Shown in pieces: positions 6,637-16,200 of a stretch of DNA of 46,920 bases (its first letter is position 1; each line of letters starts with the position of its first letter). The stretch is from an uncultured Bacteroidales bacterium (GTDB lineage: Bacteria; Bacteroidota; Bacteroidia; Bacteroidales; UBA3824), in assembly GCA_905233995.1 (NCBI GenBank), contig CAJOGF010000002.1:23661-70580 (forward strand). Reading direction: 5' to 3'. The notes beneath the pieces were generated by a model that was not told the DNA's origin, made no database searches, and worked only from the letters and a program-made list of their open reading frames with translations. The position numbers and the translations under genes are program-made.

Positions 6637-9054
6637 ATGGATAATTTTATTGTCGCTATAAAACAACACAGAATTTTGGGCTATTTGCTTCAACCGTATG
6701 TAGCAGAAATGCAAGGAGAAGACAGATTTATTGTAAAAGAAACCGCAACTGAAGAAAACATAAAAGATTTTCAGCAAAAATTAACAACGTATCAACTTCA
6801 AATCATAAAACTTGCCGACAAATACAGCGATTCTCAAATAAGAAAAACATTTGGCGGTAAAAAATTTTCGACAAATGCTGATTTTTTTAAGTCTTTAGAG
6901 AGCGAATATGTTGAAAAATACATTAGACCTTCTATTGACAAAAAAATTGCTCAAATAATCGAAATTTGCAAAGAAAATAATGTTAAATTTTTTTTTAAAG
7001 AACAAAAGCAAGATACACTTTTCCTCGACCAACAAATTATTATAAGTAAAGAAAAAGCAAAAGAAATCTTTAATTTTATCCGTTCTGAAGAAGATACAAA
7101 GTATTTTCTATCAGCAAGATACAAAAGCAAAGAGATTTCGTTTTTTGAAAAAGCAGTTTATGTCTTATCTGATAGTCCATGCTGGATTATAACTGACAAT
7201 CGATTGTACAATTTTGAAAACATCAATGCTCAAAAAATTTTGCCGTTTATCAAAAACAAATATATATCGGTCAACAAAAGAGTAGAAAAACAATATTATC
7301 AGAAATTTATATTAAATGTAATCTCAAGCGGCAATCAAATCAAAGCAAGCGGTTTTGAAATCAACGACGAAAAAGTATTTCCCGAAGCAGTGCTTTCGAT
7401 GGACAAAGATTTAAGCGGACTTACCATTTTTACATTGTATTTTCGATACAACGAAATCAATTTCAAAGCAGAAAGTAAGGCTAAAGCAACTGTCAAATTT
7501 TTCTCAGACCAAAACGACAATTATTATTTTTCAAGACTTATTAGAGATTTTGATTTTGAAGATAGCGTCATAAAAAACTTAAAAAATATTTTTCCAAATG
7601 AAATTTCTGAAGGAGTATTTGCTGTTTCAAATCAACACAAAGACTTCTATCTTCAACATCTTGAATCCATACATTTTATAAACAACAACCTTCAACAATT
7701 ATTGGACGCTGGAATAAGAGTAGAACAAAACGCTCAAGACAAAAATTATTACACAGGAAAAATCAACCTTGACTTCAAAATAAAAACTTCAGAAGACTGG
7801 TTTGACGTATACGCTGAGGTTTGTCTTGAAGGATTCTCGGTTCCGTTTATATCTCTTAAATATCACATTCTTAACAATTTACGAGAATTTCAACTTCCTA
7901 ACAACAAAACCGTAATTCTAAAAGAAGAATGGTTTGAAAAATACAAAGATTTTTTCTTAAAAGGACTTTGTTTCAACAACGAAAATTTTGTCAGAATACA
8001 AAAATACCATTTTGACATTCTTCAGCAATTAGGCGAAATCATCAGCACAAAAGATAAAATAGAGGATACAAAAGACAAAATTTTAGAGTCAACAAAACAT
8101 ACGTGCGAGCAGCCAAAAGACATTAAAGCCACTTTAAGAGATTATCAACTTATTGGTCTTAACTATCTGAAAACCATGAGAGATTTAAATTTTGGCGCAT
8201 GTCTTGCCGATGATATGGGACTTGGAAAAACTATCTGCACTTTGGCTCTTTTGTCAGAAAGCAAAGAGGAAAAATTAAATGGATTTCAAGATGGATTGTT
8301 TCAGTTTTCTGAAAAAAAGCCGTCGCTCTTGATTGTACCGAAATCACTTGTCTACAATTGGAAAGAAGAAGCAAAAAAGTTTGCTCCAAAAATGCACATT
8401 CTTGACTTTACTTCTCAAGATAGATTTAAACATGAAAAATCGTTTTCGCTTTACGATTTAATCATAACTGGCTATGCAACACTGATTAACGATGCTGAAA
8501 GATTAAGCAATTATAATTTCAATTACATAATTTTGGACGAAAGTCAAATGATAAAAAATCCATTTTCAAAGACATATCAAAGTCTTTTAAAACTTTCGTG
8601 CAAGCACAGGCTTGTGTTGACAGGAACGCCAATAGAAAACTCTCTAATTGATTTGTGGAGTCAAATGAATTTCATAAATCCCGGCATTTTGGGAAATTTA
8701 CAAAATTTCAAACACAGATTTGTTACGCCCATAGAAAAAAATTTCGACGAAAACAGAACTAAACAACTTCAAGAACTGATAAAACCTTTCATTTTAAGAC
8801 GCACCAAACAGCAAGTTTTGAAAGATTTGCCCGAACTATCAGAGCAACAAATAATTTGCGATATGACAGAAGAGCAAAACACCCTTTACGAAAAAGAAAA
8901 ATCAAAAATCAGAAACAATATTATCGAACTTATGGACAGCGGTAAATACGAAAAAAATTCTGTTCTCGTAATAAGTGCCTTGACAAAATTAAGACTTTTG
9001 GCTTGTTCGACCAAGAAATCTCGTCGGGCAAAACACCGCAAATTCTGTCAATGA
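6637..9054 (+). CDS. SNF2/RapA-family helicase, N-terminal fragment (unassigned N-domain plus ATPase lobe 1); frame broken near 9000
   Basis: Carries LRDYQLIGLNYL...ADDMGLGKT (motif I), ILDESQMIKN (motif II) and LTGTPIENSL (motif III). The conserved sequence stops after ...ALTKLRLLAC. The last 15 aa (STKKSRRAKHRKFCQ) look like out-of-frame read-through. Confidence 0.85.
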   Translation: MDNFIVAIKQHRILGYLLQPYVAEMQGEDRFIVKETATEENIKDFQQKLTTYQLQIIKLADKYSDSQIRKTFGGKKFSTNADFFKSLESEYVEKYIRPSIDKKIAQIIEICKENNVKFFFKEQKQDTLFLDQQIIISKEKAKEIFNFIRSEEDTKYFLSARYKSKEISFFEKAVYVLSDSPCWIITDNRLYNFENINAQKILPFIKNKYISVNKRVEKQYYQKFILNVISSGNQIKASGFEINDEKVFPEAVLSMDKDLSGLTIFTLYFRYNEINFKAESKAKATVKFFSDQNDNYYFSRLIRDFDFEDSVIKNLKNIFPNEISEGVFAVSNQHKDFYLQHLESIHFINNNLQQLLDAGIRVEQNAQDKNYYTGKINLDFKIKTSEDWFDVYAEVCLEGFSVPFISLKYHILNNLREFQLPNNKTVILKEEWFEKYKDFFLKGLCFNNENFVRIQKYHFDILQQLGEIISTKDKIEDTKDKILESTKHTCEQPKDIKATLRDYQLIGLNYLKTMRDLNFGACLADDMGLGKTICTLALLSESKEEKLNGFQDGLFQFSEKKPSLLIVPKSLVYNWKEEAKKFAPKMHILDFTSQDRFKHEKSFSLYDLIITGYATLINDAERLSNYNFNYIILDESQMIKNPFSKTYQSLLKLSCKHRLVLTGTPIENSLIDLWSQMNFINPGILGNLQNFKHRFVTPIEKNFDENRTKQLQELIKPFILRRTKQQVLKDLPELSEQQIICDMTEEQNTLYEKEKSKIRNNIIELMDSGKYEKNSVLVISALTKLRLLACSTKKSRRAKHRKFCQ

Positions 9055-9497
9055 TAGAAACTATTGTAAATCAAGGCAATAAGATTTTAATTTTTTCGTC
9101 ATTTGTAAAACACTTAAAACTTATAGCCGCCGAACTGATAAAAAACGATTTGCGATTTGCTTTTTTAACAGGCGAGACTTTAGACCGCGAGGCTGAAATA
9201 AAAAAATTTTCTCAAGGCGATATTCCCGTCTTTTTGATTTCAATAAAGGCTGGCGGCACAGGGCTTAACTTAACTCAAGCAAATTACGTGTTTATAATCG
9301 ACCCGTGGTGGAATCCATCAGTTGAAGCACAAGCAATTGCAAGAGCACACAGAAGCGGTCAGAAAAATTCCGTTATGGTTTACAGATTTCTGTCAAAAGA
9401 TACAATTGAAGAAAAAATTCAAAAGTATCAACAGAAAAAGACCGATTTGGCAGAAAACTTTGTGCCGTCAAAACAGGAAATTTTAGAGATTTTGTGA
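9003..9497 (+). CDS. SNF2/RapA-family helicase, C-terminal fragment (helicase-C lobe)
   Basis: LFDQEISSGKTPQILSMIETIVNQGNKILIFSSF, GGTGLNLTQANYVFIIDPWWNP and QAIARAHRSGQ (motif VI) are present. The frame is offset from 6637..9054. The first ATG in this frame is at 9051 and overlaps the upstream stop as ATGA. Confidence 0.85.
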   Translation: MFDQEISSGKTPQILSMIETIVNQGNKILIFSSFVKHLKLIAAELIKNDLRFAFLTGETLDREAEIKKFSQGDIPVFLISIKAGGTGLNLTQANYVFIIDPWWNPSVEAQAIARAHRSGQKNSVMVYRFLSKDTIEEKIQKYQQKKTDLAENFVPSKQEILEIL

Positions 9498-10130
9498 TGA
9501 CAAAAATGCTGAAATTTCCGCATTTAAACCTTCAATATGCAAACTTAAAATATCGTCCTTATCTTGTGGAACTCTAAGAAAAAGAGTTGGCGTCAGACCA
9601 TATCTGAATTGAAAGAAATGCGTCATCAAATATGACATTTCAGTATTGGCGAAGTTCCACAAAGAGAGTTTTTTTGTCATAAAAAAAGCCTCAAACGATA
9701 GTAAATATTTATCAATCAACTGCATAGAGTCTGCATTTTGACTTTTTACATTCATTTGTTCACAAAAATCGCTTAACTTATCGGGGCTTAAACATTTTGC
9801 TTGACCACAAGAACGAAACATCGCTATATGAAACATACTATCAACATCATTATAAGTTAAAACTTTGTTGGATATAGCAATTTTTTTAGCAAATGTATAC
9901 GCATTGTAAAAATCCGATACAATTTCATAGTCCCAAAGTCTTGCTCTCTCTACCGTAAGATTGGTTTCCAAAAGTGTTTTTGCAGTTTCAAATTTGAGCA
10001 TAGAACCATACGACATGGCTGTTTGCCAAATAATTTTATAAAAACGATTGCGCAAATAGTCTGCACTTTTTTCAATATCCAATGATTTGTATTTTGCGTA
10101 TGTATTATAGAAATCGGCTTCAATACTCAC
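9483..10130 (-). CDS. Hypothetical cytoplasmic protein (no family recognised)
   Basis: 215-aa ORF with no signal peptide or transmembrane segment and a helical-looking composition. Its 3' end overlaps the SNF2 stop tail-to-tail by 15 nt. Confidence 0.55.
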   Translation of the reverse strand: MSIEADFYNTYAKYKSLDIEKSADYLRNRFYKIIWQTAMSYGSMLKFETAKTLLETNLTVERARLWDYEIVSDFYNAYTFAKKIAISNKVLTYNDVDSMFHIAMFRSCGQAKCLSPDKLSDFCEQMNVKSQNADSMQLIDKYLLSFEAFFMTKKLSLWNFANTEMSYLMTHFFQFRYGLTPTLFLRVPQDKDDILSLHIEGLNAEISAFLSSQNL

Positions 10131-10184
10131 TTTTATTAATTAGATTAAATTGTTAGTACATTTTTATTATTTTTTATAACAAAG

Positions 10185-10222
10185 AAAATGCCATAAACTT
10201 TTTTAAGGGTTTATGGCATTTT
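10185..10222 (-). terminator. Rho-independent terminator of the giant gene
   Basis: Perfect 14-bp inverted repeat AAAATGCCATAAAC (10185-10198) / GTTTATGGCATTTT (10209-10222) with a 10-nt loop. It begins 24 nt after the giant-gene stop (10246-10248) and has T-rich sequence on both sides. Confidence 0.75.
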
Positions 10223-10245
10223 GATTATGAAGATTTGCGAAATTT

Positions 10246-13200
10246 CTATCTCAGAAGCGTTACGTTTCCGATTTGCTTGAACAACTTACCGTTTTCAAAC
10301 GTACATCTGCACTTGAATACGTAAACGTCTTGTTTGCAAAGTTCGCCTCTGTAATAACCGTCCCAACCTATATCTGGATCGTTGGATTCGTAAATCTTTT
10401 CACCGTAACGGTTGAAGATTTCAAGAATGTATGTTCCTGCTTTAACACCTTGTCTTGGGTACGGCAAGAATACGTAGTTGTTAAACCTATTAGTCTGAAT
10501 ACCTCCGCAAGGTCCTGATGGGTCAGGAACAAATGCGTTCGGGAATCTCAACATACCTTCTGGCTCAACTCTCACTGGAACTTCCTTACCTTGTGCCGAA
10601 CAATTCTGGTCTGAGTAAACGGTCAAATTCACAAAATAGTCGCCCGATTCGCTGTAATAATGTACAGGTTCCATTTCGTTGGATGTTGCACCGTCGCCAA
10701 AATCCCAGAGATATCTGTAACCTTGACCTTGTGTAGACTCGTTTCCAGTAAAGAGCGGTACATTTGGCAATCTTACAGTATCAGGATGAATTGCGAACTT
10801 AACTTCAGGTGTCGGGTTAACAAATACGGTATCAGTTCTCATATAAACCTCAGCGTCAGCACCCGGACCGTAAGCATATTCATACAACAAGTATCTTCCG
10901 ACTTTATTGAACAAGTATGTTCCACTTTGTCCATCAGGAACTAAGAGTTCTGCCTGAAGAGCAGTTGAATCGTTAGAGTAGTAGATTTCCCATCTTACAG
11001 AATCTGCGAATCTAACACCTTCAATCAACTCGTGTAAGTAAGGATCACAACCCTTATAAGACGCAGGCATTACAGTTCTTGTAGGAGCAGCCGGGAGTAT
11101 CGTTACAAAAGCAGTATCACTCGAAGCGCAATGTTTATTCTTAACATCAAGTACAATGGTATAATCACCGTATGTAGCGTACTCGTGAACTTCTGTACTT
11201 CTGAACATTGTATTGTCGTCCCAAACATCACCACTACCATCACCAAAGTTCCAAGTGTATCTTGTAAACGGACCCGGAACACTATCAGCATACATTTCAA
11301 CCTTCATATTCGGCTGTTTGTAGAGCGAACTTGAAAGGTCTACGTTAGCCACCGGAACGCTGTATATTATGATTTCCGAAGAATCGGTTGAGTAACATAC
11401 ATCGTTAGGTATTCTCAAACCAGTTGTCAAATAAACTGTCAAGGTGCTATCATAATAAGCATCGTTGTAGAATGTTTCCTCTCTGATAGAATCATGGTCT
11501 TGAGTCTCGTAACCAATTATGTTACCAAAGTTCCAACGATAGAATACTTCGTCTTCAGGATACGTGTTAATAGTCGTGTTAGCAAATTGTGCTGTAAACG
11601 GACTACAACCACCCGCTGTACGAGGTACAATCTTGAAGTCAGGTTTAGGAGCAACATAGTAAGTTACTTCTACAGTATCCTGATTGTAACATGTCAATCT
11701 TTCACGTTCTTTAGTATACAAATTACTAACTGTAACTGAACTATGCCATACAATAACATTAGTCATGGCATGAATACTATCAATCTTGGTTTCACGATTA
11801 TTTGGTTGATAGAAGTGAACACCACCATCTTGTGTATCCCAATAACCACTAACTGTTATCGTCAGATTTTCATCATTAATCAACGAATTGCCATAAGGTG
11901 CAGTTGCTTTCAGTTCGGTATAATCAACACAAAGATGTTGATCTTTTCCTGCATCTACACTAAATGCATAGTTGTAAATAATAACTGAATCTTTCGTCGT
12001 AAAACCGTTCTTTGTTACATTCCAATAAAGTTTATTTGGACCTCTTGTAAGACCTCTAACGATTGTCTTTGGATCTGTTGAATTATCAAACCTACAACCA
12101 TTATGTCCTGATGACCACCAACAAACAGCCTTTTCAATCTTCTGAGCATTAAGTTTTGCTGTGTCTTCGCAAATTGAAATATCTTCGCCAGCCTCAACAT
12201 CGAAAGCCTTGAAATCAATCTCAACATAATCAGATGCACTACATAGTGGTTTTGTTCTTATGCCAGAAGGCGAATCATCAACAAGAGTTGCAGTCCATTC
12301 CAATTTATTCTTTCCAGGAGACAATTTAGTTACGTTTGTTGTCGCCTTAGTAGACGGAGATGCAATTCCTGAACCCTCAACTGTACGCCAAACACCAGTA
12401 TAGGTCGGCATTGTCTTCGCTGTTATCTCAATTGAATTAGTCTCTGTCTCATGTACGTTGGTTATAGTACTAATATCAGCATCAACTTGGAAATGGTAAC
12501 ATATAATCTTAACCATCGCCTGAGCCTCGCATCGTGTAACAGTATCTTGTACATGCCATGTAAATGCGTTTGCATATCCCTCACCGTCATCGTTGTAGTA
12601 CAAACCTGTAACTTTAGTATTGTACAAAGTATTGTCAACGCAACGCGGTACATCTCCTGATGCAACATTAGGAACAACCTCAGAACCTGCGCCCCATGTC
12701 CATAGACCTACTTGGTTTTTCTCCAACGGTTGACCTGCAAGTGTTGCAAAAGTATCACAAATTTGTTGATCATTTCCTGCTGTAATATTAATTGTATTGT
12801 TTGTAACAATTACATCCTTGAATGTTCTACAACGAATAACATCACCGCTTTCCACAACCCAACGAATTAAGTTATCACCGTGATTAAGGTTATAAACCAT
12901 AGCCACCTGAGAAGTTGACATTGGTATAGTACCACCACCATTCATGACCTCCCAATGTCCAACACCTTCCGACTGATGAGCCTCAAGGTTAGTATAAGGT
13001 GTACAAACAGGCTTATCTCCAGAAGGAATGTATATCTCTGCTTGTCTGTTTCTAACTGTTACCTCATCATAAGCAACGCAATTGTTCATTTCAACAGTCC
13101 AACGGAATACGTTTGTACTCGAAGGTGCCAAACCTGATACAAATGTTCTATTGCTTGTAGAATTAGAGAACTTACCACCAATCCAATATCCAACCGCTTT

Positions 13201-16200
13201 AGGTCCTTGATACATAGCCCTAAGTTCTGTTATTGTATCACAAACCTCGAAGTCTTCACCAGCATTGGTTTCAAAATGGTTGTTGTTGATAACAAGACTT
13301 GCTTGTGCATGACATCTTGTCAATTCACCCTTGTCGTTTTCAACTTCAGGCGAGTAAACATGCCATACGACAACATTAGCACCTTGCTGAATATTTGTAA
13401 CCTTAGTTACAGGGCTGTTAGTATCTTCAATTTCAACACTTCCATTAGGATTCTCCCAGTATCCATAACCGCCAACAGGAGGATTAGGAGCCGCAAGCGT
13501 CTTAACTTCGTCTACATCACAAGCCGTAATTTCATCGCCAAGTTCAACATCAACAGAGTAATTTAGAACATTTACCGATGCTACAGCCTCGCATTTACCT
13601 TTCTTAATGTGCCAATATGCAATGTTAGGTCCAGTAACACCCGGGAACATTGTTGTAACAGGTGTCTCTTTATTTGAGAACTCAACTGTTTCAGGACCAG
13701 TCCAATAACCCTTGCTACCACCCGAAGGTACATTACCAATAAGGGTTGCATAACCATCACATATCGGGTTAGCAGTTGCAAGTGTTGCTGTCGCCTTATA
13801 GAGATTGTTAACGACAATCAACTTAGCCGAAGCATGACAATCACTTTCATCAGTTTTCTTAACATGCCATACAAGTGTATGTGCTCCTGTTGTAACACCA
13901 GTTACTCTTGCATTTTCGGAAGTAGAGTTCTCAATTGTAATGCCCTGAGCGTTAGTCTCCCACCAACCTCTTGCACCTTCTCCTGCTGGAGCAGCCGAAA
14001 TCGGACTTTCAGTACCGCAAATTTCAAGAGTATTAGTACCATCATCACCAGAGACATTAGTAATCATCTTGTTGACTGTAATCATAATTGTATCAGAAGA
14101 TGTACAAGAGCCTTTATGGATTGTCCAAACAGCGTAGTTAGCATCGTCAGCAGAAAGTCCAGATACCCTTGTACTATATGCTGTTGAATTTTCAAATACA
14201 CCTACACCGTCAGCAATTGACCATTCTCCATAAGTTCCTTGAGGAGGAACGTTACCAAGAACATCTACAAACGTATCGCAAGAAGTTCTTGTTTCAGGAA
14301 CAATAGCCTTAGGAGCAGTATTGTTTTCAACAATCACATCTCTATAAGATTCGCACTTCGTTCCGTCATATACTGAAGTTACTGTCCATCTCAAAGTGTT
14401 GCGACCTTCTTGGAGATTTACAACCTTTGAATTATTTTCAGTTGAAGTCAAGAATTTTGCATTTCCACCAACTGGCTCCCAACGTGAAGTGTAATCGTCG
14501 ATATTAACATAACCGTAAACCTCGCCTTCGTCAGAGCAGTATTCTTCAGCAGAAGAAGTTACCGACATTGTAATGTTTCTACTTGTTACTACAATAGTAT
14601 CAGAAGAGAAACATACGTTAGGATCGTTGATGTCATCACCACCTCTTAAAATTCTCCATTCAATGAGGTTCTTACCTGCGCTCAGGCTTTCTACATTGGT
14701 CTTAAAGTTTGTAGATTCAAGAACAATACCGCTACCCGTAATCACAAACCATTGACCAATTTCGTCCTTGTCAGGAGTGTTAGCCATAAGAGTAGTATAC
14801 GATGTACATGATGTGAAGTCTTCACCAGCATTTGCTACAGTTGCTTTGTTAACTGTAATTGTAACCTCATCACTTACTCTACATTGGTCGTTGTACTTAG
14901 TCCAACGGAATGTATTTCCACCAACTTGAAGACCTTTAACATCAGTCTCGTATGCAGTAGAGTTAACAATCTCAACAGTACCTTGTGAATTTACAGGCTC
15001 CCAGAATCCTTTATAAATACCAGGATCAGCGGCTTTAAGTTTAGCATCAAAATCGCAAGTTACATAATCCTGACCAGCAGAAACCGTAATCGACTGGTTA
15101 GTAAGAACTACTTCAGCCTCAGAAGGACATCTGCGTCCATCTTCTTCATTTACGATAACCCACTTGAACCTATTTTCTCCAATCGAAAGATTATGAACTT
15201 CAGTATAAGGTGAAGTACTATTATCAATTATAACCTTTGAGTTATCGTTCTCATCTATCCAATACTTTTCAGTATATATCTTAGGATCGTTAGCACTCAA
15301 ATGGAAGTCTGTCTCACAAACTGGAGTACTTGCCATTGCTTCAGCCTTAGAAGGTGCAACCGACTTAATCCTTACATCATCATGTGTATCACAACCATTA
15401 TAGTAAACGTGCCACTCAAATGTACTTGTACCGTGCATCAAGTTGCTTATAGTAGCCGAATTACATTTTTCAGTGTACGGGTTAAGCGATTCGTCACCGT
15501 TGTAAGGCTCAACATTAGAATTATGTGTTCTCTGAACATCAAATTGACCTGAACCATAACCAATCTTCCAAGCAACAGAATCATAAACCTCAGGCATTAC
15601 AGCAAAGAACTGATAACTATCTTCACAAAGTGTTATCAAACTATTACCACCAGCATTAGCCTCAACACCATTGTTAACAATTTCAATTTCGTCTGTCATA
15701 ACGCAAGTACCGTTATCAACTGTCCAACGAAGAACCGATCTTCCAAGTGCCAAACCAGTAACTTCTGTACCGAAACTTGTGGAATTTACAAAACCTACAG
15801 TTTCAGGACCAGAAACCTTTTCCCAGTAACTTATTACGTTAGGCATATTGCTTTCGTCTTCATAAGTTTCAGGACTTGTAGCCGCAAGAGGTGCTTTTGT
15901 CGAACAAGTTGTTTGGTCTTCACCTGCAGTAAAGCCCGGATAACTCTTATGAACAATGTCTACGTATGCATCGCCCTCACAACCGTTTTCTGCAACAACG
16001 TGCCATACAATTGTATTTGTACCATACTGAAGGTTGCTTACCTTTGTCAAGTTGCTTTCAGAGTTCTCAAACTTAATAGTAGAGTTCTGATTAGCAGATT
16101 TCCAATATCCATAATCTTTTTCGTTGAGAGCCGAAGCAGATACTGCTACCTCGTCGCTACAGTAATCTTCAGGAACTGCTGCCGATACCAAAATCGACTT

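Noticed and set aside
687-7520. Short ORFs overlapping annotated genes on the opposite strand or in another frame (687..986, 2011..2238, 2371..2562, 3706..3942, 3935..4282, 4976..5158, 5204..5620, 5927..6487, 7335..7520).
   Set aside because: Each lies entirely within or antisense to a gene with clear family motifs. Their translations are low-complexity with no recognisable domains.
9051-9054. The ATGA stop/start overlap, considered as evidence that the SNF2 helicase is naturally encoded as two translationally coupled polypeptides.
   Set aside because: Conserved SNF2 linker residues (LFDQEISSGKTPQILS) lie in the second frame upstream of that ATG. The tail of the first ORF is non-conserved basic junk. 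A frameshift explains both observations better.
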